DNA of 64,000 nt from NCBI GenBank assembly GCA_036561565.1, contig DATBPB010000066.1, positions 14,211 to 78,210 of the forward strand, in the 5' to 3' direction. Positions 49,850 to 59,550 of the stretch are shown piece after piece. Numbering within the stretch: position 1 is the first letter of the stretch; each line of letters opens with the position of its first letter. The translations under genes and the position numbers were made by a program. Below the pieces are notes generated by a model. That model was not told where the DNA came from. It did no database searches and saw nothing but the letters and a program-made list of their open reading frames with translations. The DNA comes from Solirubrobacteraceae bacterium. Lineage in GTDB: Bacteria > Actinomycetota > Thermoleophilia > Solirubrobacterales > Solirubrobacteraceae.

Positions 49850-50411
49850 CGGGCGGCTGCGCGGACTCGCGCGCGCTCTTCCACTCCTCGGCCGTCATCG
49901 CGTAGATCGCGTGGTCGATGATGCGCGTGCCGATCCGCTCGGCGGCCGGCAGGATGCCCTCGTCGGTGAAGCCGAGCCGCTCGGGGATCGCGCGGCTGCG
50001 CGCGTTCGTGACGCCGGCGCGGATCTCGACACGCGCGAGCTTCCACTGGGCGAACGCGTAGTCGAGCAGGGCCGAGACGGCAGCCGTCATCGCCCCCGTC
50101 CCCTGCGCCTCGGCGGCGAGCCAGTAGCCGATGCTCGTGCAGCGCCGGTTCCAGTCGATCGCGTGAAATCCGGCGACGCCGATGATGCGGGCGTCGGAGG
50201 TGACGGCCAGCTGCATGCCGCGGTTCTCCTCGAACTGGCGGTGGGCGGCGCGGATGAAGGCGAGCGAGTCGACGACGCCGCGCGTCTGCCCGACGAACGG
50301 CATCCAGTGCGCGAGATGAATGCGGTTGGAGTCGATCAGCGCGAAGAGCTCTTCGGCGTCATCGTCCTCGAGCCCGCGCAGCCCGCGGCCGTCCCCCAAG
50401 TCGACTTCCAT
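49842..50411 (-). CDS. GNAT-family N-acetyltransferase (RimJ/RimL-like)
   Basis: In-frame ATG at 50411. Motif: …IGVAGFHAIDWNRRCTSIGYWLAAEAQGTGAMTAAVSALLDYAF…ARVEIRAGVTNARSRAIPERLGF. Confidence 0.8.
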   Translation of the reverse strand: MEVDLGDGRGLRGLEDDDAEELFALIDSNRIHLAHWMPFVGQTRGVVDSLAFIRAAHRQFEENRGMQLAVTSDARIIGVAGFHAIDWNRRCTSIGYWLAAEAQGTGAMTAAVSALLDYAFAQWKLARVEIRAGVTNARSRAIPERLGFTDEGILPAAERIGTRIIDHAIYAMTAEEWKSARESAQPPVN

Positions 50412-50486
50412 GCTCACCCGCTTAAGTCTTACGCAACCGGCGACGGACCCCCGTGGTCGCCGCGCTGCGTAATAGGATCGCCGCGC

Positions 50487-50909
50487 ATGTTCGGGACCCT
50501 CGACCACGTCGGCGTGCTCGTCCGCGATCTCGACGCGGGCGTCGCCACGGCGTGCGAGTCGCTCGGCCTCGAGCTCGCGCGGAGCGCCGATCTCGAGCAG
50601 TTCGCGATCCGCGCGCGGTTCCTCGGCGAGGGCAGCGGCAGCCTCGAGATCTTCACGTTCACCGACCCTGAGATCCTCGAAGGGCGCCTGGCGGGGCTCG
50701 ACCGCCGCCTCGACCACGTCGCCTTTCGCGTCGAGGACATCGAGTCGGTCGCGGCGACGCTGCGCGCCTCGGGCGTGCGCTTCTGCGGCCCGGACCGCCG
50801 CGAGGACGCGCTTGAGCCGATCCCAACGGGACCGGCTCGTGCGCTGTGGACTCGCCCCGAGACGAGCGGCGGGCTGGCGCTACAGCTCATCGAGCCGCCG
50901 CGCAGCTAG
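50487..50909 (+). CDS. VOC/glyoxalase-fold protein (methylmalonyl-CoA epimerase-like)
   Basis: In-frame ATG at 50487. Motif: MFGTLDHVGVLVRDLDAGV…LDHVAFRVEDIES…, two beta-alpha-beta-beta-beta modules with metal-ligand His/Glu positions. Confidence 0.7.
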   Translation: MFGTLDHVGVLVRDLDAGVATACESLGLELARSADLEQFAIRARFLGEGSGSLEIFTFTDPEILEGRLAGLDRRLDHVAFRVEDIESVAATLRASGVRFCGPDRREDALEPIPTGPARALWTRPETSGGLALQLIEPPRS

Positions 50910-51483
50910 CCACGAGCCCGCCGCTGACGCGCCGCACCGCGACGCTCTCGTAGCCGCACGCCTCGAGCAGCATGCGCAGGCTGGCTGCGGTGAAGAAGCG
51001 GACGTGGTCAGAGCGCGGATCGAAGTGGCGCTCGAACGCGACGGCCGAGACGGCGAGACGCGCACGCAGCGAGAACGGGTGGTCGGGCGTCGAGGCGACG
51101 AGCACCCCGCCCGGCTCGAGCACCCGCGCGACCTCCTCGAGCAGGCCGATCCCGTCCTGAACGTGCTCGAGCACCTCGCCAAGCCACGCCGCGCCGAACG
51201 ACGCGGCCTCAAACGGCAGCGGCCCTCCCGCATCCGCGAGCACGAACTCGACCCCGGCTGCTCGCTCGCGGGCGCGGCGCAGCGCCTCGGCGGCGACGTC
51301 CGTGCCCGCCACGGCAAAGCCCGCGTCGCGCAGCGCCGCCGCGAACCAGCCGCTCCCGCAGCCCACGTCGAGCACCCGAGCGCCGGACGGAAGCAGCCTG
51401 ATGAGCTCGCCGCGGCGGCTTTCGAAGTGCTCCGGTGGAGCGTCCGGCGCCTCGCTCCAGATCCGGTCGAAGTAGGCCCCCAC
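50887..51483 (-). CDS. Class I SAM-dependent methyltransferase
   Basis: 198 aa. Motifs: VLDVGCGSGWFA (motif I), GTDV, and FGAAWLGEVLEHVQD…LEPGGVLVASTP. Confidence 0.8.
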   Translation of the reverse strand: MGAYFDRIWSEAPDAPPEHFESRRGELIRLLPSGARVLDVGCGSGWFAAALRDAGFAVAGTDVAAEALRRARERAAGVEFVLADAGGPLPFEAASFGAAWLGEVLEHVQDGIGLLEEVARVLEPGGVLVASTPDHPFSLRARLAVSAVAFERHFDPRSDHVRFFTAASLRMLLEACGYESVAVRRVSGGLVASCAAAR

Positions 51484-51593
51484 TGGGGAGAAATCTATCC
51501 CTGCACGGCCGGCATCCGAGATACAGTGGCGCGGTACCCGTTCGGGTGGGCACGTGGCCCGCCCCTCTTGCGGCGCAGCGAGGGGATCTTAGG

Positions 51594-52568
51594 ATGAGGG
51601 TGGCGTTCGACAGCCGAGCAAAGGGGGATCCGCGCGGGATCGGCCGCTACGTTCGCTGCATGCTCGACGCGCTCCGCGAGACAGCCGGCCCGGCGGCGGA
51701 CATCACCGAGTCCCACCACCCGCGCGGGAGCGACGTCTTCCATTCCCCGTGGCTCGAGGGGGTCCAGCTGCGCTGCCCCTGCGCGATGGTCGTGACGCTG
51801 CACGACCTCGTCGTCCTCAAGCGCCGCGCCGAGTATCTGCGCACCGGCGCCCGCTTTCACCTGCGCTACATGGCCGCGCAGCGCGCCGAGCGCGTGATCG
51901 TCCCGACGCGCGTCGTCGCCGCCGACGCCCGCGAGCGCCTCGACATCGAAGCCGAGCGGATCAGCGTGATCCCCGAGGCAGCGGCTTCGACGATGTACCC
52001 GCGGCAGGAGGCCGAGATCGAAGCCGTGCGCGCCCGTTACGGCGTTCCGCGCGACTACCTGCTGTGGGTCGGGAGCATGCTTCACCCCGAGCGGCGAAAG
52101 CGCGTCGCGGACCTCGCCGCGGCGCCGCGCGAGCTCCCGCTGGTGCTCGCCGGGCCAACGCGCCAGTGGGCTCACGAGCTGCCCGACGTGACGCTGACCG
52201 GCCAGGTCGACGACGACGAGCTCGCCGCGCTCTACAGCGGGGCGCGCGCGCTCGTGTTCCCGTCCGATGAGGAGGGGTTCGGCCTCCCGCCGGTCGAGGC
52301 GCTCGCCTGCGGCACGCCGGTCGTCGCCTGCGACGCGCCGGCGCTTCGCGAGGTGCTCGACACGCGCGCGACGTTCGTGGAAACCGGTGACATGGAGGGG
52401 CTTCTGGCGGCCGGCGCGGCCGCACAGCGCCCCGCCCCCGCGCCGCCGGCGTGGAGCTGGAACGACGCGGCGCGCGCGACGTGGGGCGTCTACGCCGAGG
52501 CTCTCGCGGCGCGCTCGCACTCCGCCGCGACGCGGCGCATGCCGCGGCTGTCGCGCGGCGCGTTCTAG
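51594..52568 (+). CDS. Glycosyltransferase family 4
   Basis: In-frame ATG at 51594. Motifs: MRVAFDSRAKGDPRGIGRYVR…, PERRKRV, and EEGFGLPPVEALACGTPVVACDAPALREVL. Confidence 0.8.
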   Translation: MRVAFDSRAKGDPRGIGRYVRCMLDALRETAGPAADITESHHPRGSDVFHSPWLEGVQLRCPCAMVVTLHDLVVLKRRAEYLRTGARFHLRYMAAQRAERVIVPTRVVAADARERLDIEAERISVIPEAAASTMYPRQEAEIEAVRARYGVPRDYLLWVGSMLHPERRKRVADLAAAPRELPLVLAGPTRQWAHELPDVTLTGQVDDDELAALYSGARALVFPSDEEGFGLPPVEALACGTPVVACDAPALREVLDTRATFVETGDMEGLLAAGAAAQRPAPAPPAWSWNDAARATWGVYAEALAARSHSAATRRMPRLSRGAF

Positions 52569-54145
52569 TAGGCGCCGTCGCCGCGCAGGACGGCGGGGAT
52601 CGTCTTGACGAGGATCGCCAGGTCGAGGAACACCGACCAGCGCTCGAGATAGAGGAAGTCGAGGCGCACGAGGTCGTCGAAGTCGAGGTCAGCGCGGCCC
52701 GACACCTGCCACAGGCCGGTCATGCCGGGCATCACCTGGTAGCGGCGCAGGTGCCACTCGTCGAGGCGCTCGAAGTCGCGCTGAGGTAGCGGCCGCGGGC
52801 CGACCAGCGACATCTGACCGCGCAGCACGTTGACCAGCTGCGGGAGCTCGTCGAGCGAGAAACGGCGCAGCGCGCGGCCGACTAGCGTCAGGCGCGGATC
52901 GCGGCGCATCTTGAAGAGCGCGCCGGTGGCCTCGTTGCGCTGCTCGAGGTCGTACTGGCGCGAGTCGGCGCCGACGACCATCGTGCGGAACTTCAGGCAC
53001 GCGAACGGCATCCCGCCGACGCCCGGGCGGATCGAGCGGTAGAGCACCGGTCCACGCGAGCCGAGCTTGACGGCCGCGGCGATGATCAGGAGCAGTGGGC
53101 TCAGCAGGATGATCAGCAGGGTCGCCACGATCAGGTCGAAGGTCCGCTTGAGCGCGAAGTCGAGGCCCTCGAAGACGGGCGGGCGCAGTTCGAACAGCGG
53201 GATCGACTGGCCCGGGACGAACTCGGCGCGGTGGACGAGGAGCTCGGTCGTCGAAGGAGCGATCCGCACGCGAACGCCGCGGCTGTGGGCGCGCTCGACG
53301 AGCTCGAGCAGCTCGCGCTCGGGGAAGTCGGGGTCGACGATGATCACCTCATCGACGGGGTGGCTGTCGATCGCCTGGCCGATCTCGTTGAGCGAGCCGA
53401 GCGAGCGGAGGCCCTCGCCAGCCTGACGGCGCGTGCGCGAGACGAAGCCGACGATCTCGACCGCCGGCTGCGGCGCCGCCTGGATGGCGTTCGCGACGGC
53501 CTCGATGTGGTGCGCGGTGCCGACGAGGATCGCCCGGCGGCGGTAGCCCGCGAGACGTAGCAGCACGCCCGACACGCGCTCGTAGCCCTGCCTGAAGCCG
53601 GTGACGTAGATGAGCGCGAAGAAGAACGAGCCGTAGAAGATGTAGTAGGAGGAGTAGTAGCGGCCAGGGCCGCTGACGAGCGCGAAGATCACCGCGACGA
53701 CCATCACCTGGAAGAGCGTCGCGAGGATCCGCGTGAAGCCCGGCCGCTCGCCGCGATCGGCGTACATGTCCGATCGTGCGAACAGCAGCATCGTCACCAG
53801 GAAGGCGAAGGCGACGATCGTGCGCGTCTGGTGGAAGGCCTGGCCCGTGAGCCGGCTCTGGCCGTGTACGACGTCCTTGAGGTACAGCGCCGTGAAGATC
53901 GCAAGGAAGACGCCCGCGAAGTCGAGCGCCATCAGGACGCCGACGCGCGCGGCGCGCCGCGCGACCGACCAGCGCAGCAGGAACGACAGCACCGGAGGGC
54001 GCTTTGCGCGCACGTCACGGTCGCCGAGCTGGATCGGCTGCTTCGGTACTAGACGCGGCGGGGTGGAAGCGGGTTCCGTTGACGGGTCAGCGGCCACGCG
54101 TATGGTCTCGAGAGGACTGGCCATCTGGCTTATCCAACGCCCCAC
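52565..54145 (-). CDS. Polyprenyl-phosphate glycosylphosphotransferase (WbaP/large PGT family, initiating sugar transferase)
   Basis: 526 aa with N-terminal TM helices. C-terminal catalytic domain: KRTFDLIVATLLIILLSPLLLII…GPVLY…RFSLDELPQLVNVLRGQMSLVGPRP…PGMTGLWQVSGR. The start is GTG at 54145 or ATG at 54124. Confidence 0.85.
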   Translation of the reverse strand: MGRWISQMASPLETIRVAADPSTEPASTPPRLVPKQPIQLGDRDVRAKRPPVLSFLLRWSVARRAARVGVLMALDFAGVFLAIFTALYLKDVVHGQSRLTGQAFHQTRTIVAFAFLVTMLLFARSDMYADRGERPGFTRILATLFQVMVVAVIFALVSGPGRYYSSYYIFYGSFFFALIYVTGFRQGYERVSGVLLRLAGYRRRAILVGTAHHIEAVANAIQAAPQPAVEIVGFVSRTRRQAGEGLRSLGSLNEIGQAIDSHPVDEVIIVDPDFPERELLELVERAHSRGVRVRIAPSTTELLVHRAEFVPGQSIPLFELRPPVFEGLDFALKRTFDLIVATLLIILLSPLLLIIAAAVKLGSRGPVLYRSIRPGVGGMPFACLKFRTMVVGADSRQYDLEQRNEATGALFKMRRDPRLTLVGRALRRFSLDELPQLVNVLRGQMSLVGPRPLPQRDFERLDEWHLRRYQVMPGMTGLWQVSGRADLDFDDLVRLDFLYLERWSVFLDLAILVKTIPAVLRGDGAY

Positions 54146-54368
54146 TCTGGCAGATGTTGCGCTGTAGCGCCAGCGATGCCAGCTGACTACCCATTTTGGC
54201 AGCGACTCAGGCGGAAGGCGTACGGATGGCGGGAAACGCCCGCCGCGGCCGGCAGCAATTTCCCCACCGCCAGGGGAGGCGACGAACCCGAATCCGCGAG
54301 GGACGGCGCTACCTTGCGAAGGCCCCGCCCAACTCCTAGTTCCCTCCTCTCGATTAGGAAGCGGCGGC

Positions 54369-54403
54369 CACGAACGATCGGCCGGCAGCGCCGGTCGTTC
54401 GTG
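54369..54403 (-). terminator. Strong inverted repeat downstream of vapC (candidate terminator; also lies upstream of the priming transferase)
   Basis: CACGAACGATCGG (54369-54381) pairs with CCGGTCGTTCGTG (54391-54403) at 12 of 13 positions, with a 9-nt loop. There is no U-tract. Confidence 0.3.
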
Positions 54404-54451
54404 CGTTCGGCCTCGAACACGCGGGCTGGTCGGGGCCCCCGCCGGCCGGCA

Positions 54452-54865
54452 CTACGGCAAGATCGTGAAGACCTGGCAATGGCGCGGCGTCACGGCTCCG
54501 AAGTGCCGGCGGTCGAGTGTGACGACGACGTCGGTGTCAAGTCGCTCGGCGAGCGCGATGAGCGAAGCGTCGGTACCCCCCAGCGGAAAGTCGGAGTACT
54601 GCGCGACGAGTTCCGCCATGCGCGCGAAGTCCTCCGTCGTCGGCGCCTCGACGTCCATCTCACCCAGGCCGTCGATGAACCGCGCCTCAGCAGCGGCGCC
54701 GAGGCGACGACCGACGAAGTAGGTGGCTTCGGCGATCACCAGCGCCGGGATGACGAGGCGCAGGTCGCCGCGCTCAAGCGTCGCACGCGCCGCGACGTGG
54801 TCCTGGTCGTCGTCATCGGCGACTGCGTAGAGCGGCCCTGCGTCAACGATCGCCAGAGACGTCAT
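54452..54865 (-). CDS. vapC: PIN-domain ribonuclease toxin (VapC family)
   Basis: In-frame ATG at 54865. Motif: LAIVDAGPLYAV…VIAEATYF…GGTDASLIALAERL…VVTLDRRHF, the four conserved acidic positions of PIN domains. Confidence 0.8.
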   Translation of the reverse strand: MTSLAIVDAGPLYAVADDDDQDHVAARATLERGDLRLVIPALVIAEATYFVGRRLGAAAEARFIDGLGEMDVEAPTTEDFARMAELVAQYSDFPLGGTDASLIALAERLDTDVVVTLDRRHFGAVTPRHCQVFTILP

Positions 54866-55091
54866 GCCACTCCTGCTCGAGCAGCGGCTCCATGTTCCGC
54901 GCCGTCGTCCTGTGCCCGCTTCTGCCGAGGCTCGCGATCGGGAGCCTCCTCGGCGAGTCCTCGTGACCCACGCCGAGGTCTCTGGCAAGGGCGACTCTGG
55001 CGACTTCGGAGACGGACACGCGTCGACGCTTGGCCTCCCGCGTGAGCGCCAGCGCAATGTCCGCCGGGAGGGAGATTGTGGTGCGCTTCAT
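54843..55091 (-). CDS. vapB: Ribbon-helix-helix (CopG-like) antitoxin (VapB-type)
   Basis: 82 aa. Motif: MKRTTISLPADIALALTREAKRRRVSVSEVARVALARDL, an RHH motif. It sits directly upstream of the PIN gene and overlaps it. Confidence 0.7.
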   Translation of the reverse strand: MKRTTISLPADIALALTREAKRRRVSVSEVARVALARDLGVGHEDSPRRLPIASLGRSGHRTTARNMEPLLEQEWHDVSGDR

Positions 55092-55097
55092 ACCTTC

Positions 55098-55103
55098 ATA
55101 ATA
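55098..55103 (-). promoter_or_regulatory. Putative -10 element (TATTAT) giving a leaderless or near-leaderless vapB transcript
   Basis: The minus strand reads TATTAT-GAAGGT-ATG. It is an AT-rich patch in an otherwise GC-rich sequence. The 6-nt spacing to the ATG fits a leaderless start; alternatively GAAGG could serve as a Shine-Dalgarno sequence. Confidence 0.3.
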
Positions 55104-55358
55104 GCATCGCGACTCGCCTTCTCCTTGGGCGGTCGATCGCCGGGCAGGCGCCTGGCTTGCACCACACCCGCCGTTCGTGTGACGTGGCTTCGGGACAGCG
55201 TGCTGGGCGGCGGACTGTGGGGCTGGGTCCGCTTCTGCGTGTCGGATACCGGCAGATGCTTGGGCCCCGAGTCATGCGCGGGAGAGCATCAACCGACCGC
55301 GTGTCAAACTCGCGCTCCGCAGTCGTTCGGCGGAGATGGGCCGTCGACAGCGCCGCTG

Positions 55359-56276
55359 TCAGGCCGCCTGGAGCGACATCCTCAGCCCGTCGCGCAGCGA
55401 GATCTCGGGCGCCCAGGAGAGCAGCTCCCTGGCGCGCGTGATGTCGGGCTGGCGCTGCTTGGGATCATCGACGGGCAGCTCCGCGTAGACGATCGGCGAC
55501 TTGCTTGCGGTCAGCTCGATCACTATCTCGGCGAGCTCGAGAAGCGTGAACTCGTCGGGGTTGCCGATGTTGACCGGCTCGTGGTAGCCAGACTCGGCGA
55601 GCGCGATGAGGCCGCGGATCAGGTCTGAGACGTAGCAGAAAGAGCGCGTCTGGCTGCCGTCGCCGAAGATCGTCAACGGCAGCCCGGCGAGCGCCTGGCG
55701 CACGAACGTCGGGATCGCTCGGCCGTCGTAGGGGCGCATCCGCGGGCCATAGGTGTTGAAGATCCGCACGATCGCCGTGTCGACGCCCTGCTGGCGGTGG
55801 TAGGCCATCGTCAGCGCCTCCGCGTAGCGCTTGGCCTCGTCGTAGACCCCGCGCGGGCCGATCGGGTTTACGTGACCCCAGTAGCTCTCGCGCTGCGGGT
55901 GCTCGTGCGGGTCGCCGTAGACCTCGCTGGTGGAGGCGAGCAGGAAGCGCGCACGGTGAGACTTGGCGAGGCCGAGCGTGTGGTGCGTGCCGTAGGAGCC
56001 GACCTTGAGCGTGTGCAGCGGCAGACGCAGGTAGTCGATCGGCGAGGCCGGCGAGGCGAGGTGATAGACGAAGTCGACGGGCTCATCGACGAAGTAGTCG
56101 GCCGTTATGTCGACGTTCAGCGCCGTGAAGCTCGCGGAGCGGATGTGCGCGATGTTCTCGAGCGACCCCGTCTCGAGGTTGTCGACGCACAGCACTCGGT
56201 TGCCGCGGGCCAGCAGCTCATCGCAGAGATGTGAGCCGAGGAAGCCAGCGCCGCCGGTGACCAGACAGGTGGCCAT
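55359..56276 (-). CDS. uxs: UDP-glucuronate decarboxylase (UDP-xylose synthase)
   Basis: 305 aa. Motifs: [19 protein letters not shown]…VDNLETG…HLASPASP…[10 protein letters not shown]…YDEAKRYAE…[10 protein letters not shown]…[15 protein letters not shown]. Confidence 0.9.
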   Translation of the reverse strand: MATCLVTGGAGFLGSHLCDELLARGNRVLCVDNLETGSLENIAHIRSASFTALNVDITADYFVDEPVDFVYHLASPASPIDYLRLPLHTLKVGSYGTHHTLGLAKSHRARFLLASTSEVYGDPHEHPQRESYWGHVNPIGPRGVYDEAKRYAEALTMAYHRQQGVDTAIVRIFNTYGPRMRPYDGRAIPTFVRQALAGLPLTIFGDGSQTRSFCYVSDLIRGLIALAESGYHEPVNIGNPDEFTLLELAEIVIELTASKSPIVYAELPVDDPKQRQPDITRARELLSWAPEISLRDGLRMSLQAA

Positions 56277-56451
56277 CGCGCGCAGCCTACCCGCCGTGCG
56301 TGACGAGCAGGATTCCGGGGCCTATTTCGACCAGCACGCTGGTCGCCGCCCGCTCAGCCGCGATCTGTGCCGCGATCTCCTCGATTTCCGGCGGCGATCG
56401 CACGGCGTTCGGCGTCCACGAGCCCATCATCGCAGCGTCAGCGCGGGCAGG

Positions 56452-56473
56452 ATTTGCCCCGCGGAGGGCAAAT
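56452..56473. promoter_or_regulatory. 8-bp inverted repeat just upstream of the 56484 ORF
   Basis: ATTTGCCC (56452-56459) and GGGCAAAT (56466-56473) with a 6-nt loop, ending 10 nt before the ATG. Function unknown. Confidence 0.25.
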
Positions 56474-56483
56474 AGACAATGCG

Positions 56484-56930
56484 ATGAGCGCCGTCCAGAC
56501 GCAGCGAACGCTTGTCAAATCAGTGCCGGAGCTGTGGGCCGAGCTGAGCGAGTCCGCTCTGCTCGGGCGCATGCTCGGAAAGCCCTTTGGCGAGATCACG
56601 ATCACGCGCCGCACCCCCGAGTCGAGCATCGAATGGGAGAGCGAGCGCGCAGCGGGAGCGGTCGAGCTCGAGCCGAGCGGCTTTGGAACGCGGGTGCGCC
56701 TGACGGCGCAGATCGCTCCGCCACCGGCGCTCGAGCCGGTCGCGGAGCCACCGCGGCCCGGTCTTCTTGCGCGCATCTGGGCCCAGATCCGCCCACCCCA
56801 GCCCGCGATCGATGATCCGATCGAGCGCACGCCGGCGCCGATCGACGCCGGCGCCGCAGAGGACGCGCTGACTGCCGTGCTTGACGAGATCGGCGCCGCG
56901 CGGCACCGGCCGTTCTCCAGGCACCAATAG
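56484..56930 (+). CDS. Hypothetical protein (small N-terminal alpha/beta domain plus Pro-rich tail)
   Basis: In-frame ATG at 56484. Motif: [23 protein letters not shown]…[17 protein letters not shown]…. No family could be assigned by eye. Confidence 0.4.
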   Translation: MSAVQTQRTLVKSVPELWAELSESALLGRMLGKPFGEITITRRTPESSIEWESERAAGAVELEPSGFGTRVRLTAQIAPPPALEPVAEPPRPGLLARIWAQIRPPQPAIDDPIERTPAPIDAGAAEDALTAVLDEIGAARHRPFSRHQ

Positions 56931-56940
56931 GATCGCGCGC

Positions 56941-58506
56941 TTGACCGAGCACGCGCCGCACAGCTACGCGGAGCGGCTGGCGAGGCTCGAGGAGCTCCGC
57001 CACGAGGCCGCGCACGCCGAGGGGCCCGCGGTCGCCAAGCAGCACGCGAAGGGCAAGTACACGGCGCGCGAGCGGATCGAGAAGCTGCTCGATCCCGGCT
57101 CCTTCGAGGAGCTCGACGGCTTCGTGCGCCACCGCACGACCGACTTCGAGATGGCCGGCTCGCGCCCCCTCGCCGACGCCGTGATCACCGGGCACGGCAC
57201 GATCGACGGGCGAGCGGTCTGCGTGTTCAGCCAGGACTTCACGGTCTTCGGCGGATCGCTTGGCGAGGTGATGGGCGAGAAGATCTGCAAGATCATGGAT
57301 CTGGCGGCCCGTGTCGGCTGCCCGCTGATCGGGATCAACGACTCGGGCGGGGCGCGCATCCAGGAGGGCGTCGTCTCGCTCGGCGCCTATGGCGAGGTCT
57401 TCTACCGAAACGTCCGCTGCTCGGGGGTGATCCCGCAGATCTCGCTGGTGATGGGTCCCTGCGCGGGCGGCGCGGTCTACTCGCCGGCGATCACCGACTT
57501 CGTGCTGATGGTCAAGGAGACCTCGCACATGTTCATCACGGGTCCCGACGTGATCCGCACGGTCACGCACGAGGAGGTCGGCTTCGAGGAGCTCGGCGGC
57601 GCGGTCACGCACAACACCAAGTCGGGCGTCGCCCACTTCGCTACGGCCGACGAGGACGACTGCCTGGCGGAGGCGCGCTACCTGCTGTCGTTCCTACCGC
57701 AGAACAACCTCGAGTCGACGCCGCGCGTGGCGAGCGCCGATGACCCGCTGCGCATGGATGCCGAGCTCGACTCCGTCGTCCCCGACAGCCCGTCAAAGGC
57801 CTACGACATGCGAGCGGCGATCGCGATGATCGTCGACGACACAGAGTTCCTGGAGGTGCACGAGCACCATGCCACCAACGTCGTCTGCGGCTTCGCGCGC
57901 CTCGACGGCATCGCCGTCGGCGTGGTGGGCAACCAGCCGCAGTCGCTCGCCGGCGTGCTGGACATCGACGCCTCGGCCAAGGCGGCGCGGTTCGTGCGAA
58001 CCTGCGACGCCTTCAACGTCCCGATCGTCACCTTTGTCGACGTGCCGGGCTTCCTGCCGGGCACCGCGCAGGAGTGGGGCGGGATCATCCGCCACGGCGC
58101 GAAGCTGCTCTACGCCTACGCCGAAGCGACCGTGCCGAAGTTGACGGTGATCACGCGCAAGGCCTACGGCGGCGCCTACGACGTCATGGCCTCAAAGCAC
58201 CTGCGCGCCGACTTCAACTTCGCCTGGCCCACAGCCGAGATCGCCGTGATGGGACCCGAGGGCGCCGTCAACATCATCTACAAGCGCCAGCTCGCCTCGA
58301 GCAAGTCGCCGGCCAAGCGCCGCGAGCAGCTGATGGACGACTACCGCGCGCGGTTCGCCAACCCCTACTCGGCCGCCGAACGCGGCTACATCGACGACGT
58401 CATCGAGCCCCACCAGACGCGGCCGCGGCTGATCACGGCGTTACAGCTGCTCGAGACCAAACGCGAGCACGGTCCGCAGCGCAAGCACGGCAACATCCCC
58501 CTCTAG
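56941..58506 (+). CDS. pccB: Acyl-CoA (propionyl-CoA) carboxylase carboxyltransferase beta subunit
   Basis: In-frame TTG at 56941. Motif: …[23 protein letters not shown]…[15 protein letters not shown]…[12 protein letters not shown]…[13 protein letters not shown]…GVVGNQP…AGVLDI…[28 protein letters not shown]…. Confidence 0.9.
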   Translation: MTEHAPHSYAERLARLEELRHEAAHAEGPAVAKQHAKGKYTARERIEKLLDPGSFEELDGFVRHRTTDFEMAGSRPLADAVITGHGTIDGRAVCVFSQDFTVFGGSLGEVMGEKICKIMDLAARVGCPLIGINDSGGARIQEGVVSLGAYGEVFYRNVRCSGVIPQISLVMGPCAGGAVYSPAITDFVLMVKETSHMFITGPDVIRTVTHEEVGFEELGGAVTHNTKSGVAHFATADEDDCLAEARYLLSFLPQNNLESTPRVASADDPLRMDAELDSVVPDSPSKAYDMRAAIAMIVDDTEFLEVHEHHATNVVCGFARLDGIAVGVVGNQPQSLAGVLDIDASAKAARFVRTCDAFNVPIVTFVDVPGFLPGTAQEWGGIIRHGAKLLYAYAEATVPKLTVITRKAYGGAYDVMASKHLRADFNFAWPTAEIAVMGPEGAVNIIYKRQLASSKSPAKRREQLMDDYRARFANPYSAAERGYIDDVIEPHQTRPRLITALQLLETKREHGPQRKHGNIPL

Positions 58507-58512
58507 GAGCGC

Positions 58513-59550
58513 TCAGCCGGCATGCGCGCGGCGTGCGAGTGCCCGCACGCGGCTCGTCAGGTCGAGCTCCCCCAGGTTCCACGTCGGATGCCGCGAGCGC
58601 AACAGCGTCGAGACGCGCTCGCGCTCGCCGACCGACCACCAGCCCTGCGAGTGCTCGCCGAACAGCGCGCGCTTGAGCGCGGTCCCGCTGCCGGGATCCG
58701 GCCAGTTCGCCTCGATCTGGCCGGCCGCGGCCTCGACGTCCTCGAACGCCACGGCCGTCCAGAGCTCCGCCAGCCGCCGCAGCCGAAGCGGCTCGGGTGT
58801 TTCCGCGGGACCGAACTCCTCGAGAAACGACCGCAGCGCGCCCGGGGCCGGAGACCGTGCGGTGCACGCCAGCTCCTCGAGCCACGCCGGGGCCGGCTTC
58901 GGCAGGCGCTCGAGCACGCCCGTGCCGCCGCTCAGCCGCGGCGCGGCCGACAGCAGGAACTCCGATTGATCGGCCGCGGCGAGCTCGCGCGTGCGAAACG
59001 AGAAACGGGCGCGCAGCGCCGGCCACATCGCCGACCACAGCGCGACCATCGCGCGTGCGGCCTCCGCCAGATCGGCGTGGAGCACGACGCCGGCGCCGGT
59101 CGTGCGACAGGCGACCTGGATGCAGCGCTCGAACAGCTCGACGCTCGGGGTGCGCTCGGACAGGAACGTCGCCGGCGGGTCCGCGCCGTCGGCGGTGAGC
59201 GTCAGCGCGGTGGTGAAGCCCTCGAGCGACCCTCCCGCCGGATTGCGCGGCAGGCGCACGAGCGCCTCGACCGCATGCGGAGCCGCCAGCGCCGCCGCAT
59301 CGATCAGCAGGACGTGGCTGCACACCGCGCCCGCGCGCTCGGCGCGCGCGTCACTCCAGGTGACGCAGAAGGCGAACTGACGGGTGTCGGGCAGCGCGAG
59401 CCCGGTGACCAGCGGCGGACAGCCGGGGCTCATCACGGCGTCGGTGGCAACGAGCAGCCGCACCATCAGCGCACGCGGAACCTCGCGCGATGCGGCGAGG
59501 AGCCGGTGGCCGTCGTCGTAGCCGAAGACGAACTGGTCGGCCCGGCTCAC
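58513..59550 (-). CDS. Unknown 345-aa partner protein of the paired-GTPase operon (gene 4)
   Basis: GTG at 59550 overlaps the upstream stop (GTGA). It has balanced, non-shadow composition, an N-terminal block QFVFGYDDGHRLLAAS, and no catalytic motif or TM segment that I recognise. Confidence 0.65.
   Translation of the reverse strand: MSRADQFVFGYDDGHRLLAASREVPRALMVRLLVATDAVMSPGCPPLVTGLALPDTRQFAFCVTWSDARAERAGAVCSHVLLIDAAALAAPHAVEALVRLPRNPAGGSLEGFTTALTLTADGADPPATFLSERTPSVELFERCIQVACRTTGAGVVLHADLAEAARAMVALWSAMWPALRARFSFRTRELAAADQSEFLLSAAPRLSGGTGVLERLPKPAPAWLEELACTARSPAPGALRSFLEEFGPAETPEPLRLRRLAELWTAVAFEDVEAAAGQIEANWPDPGSGTALKRALFGEHSQGWWSVGERERVSTLLRSRHPTWNLGELDLTSRVRALARRAHAG

Noticed and set aside
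54187-54420. The 77-aa minus-strand ORF in the spacer between vapC and the priming transferase.
   Set aside because: It is Arg/Gly-rich with no motif or ribosome-binding site. The region is better explained as non-coding spacer containing the 54369-54403 hairpin.
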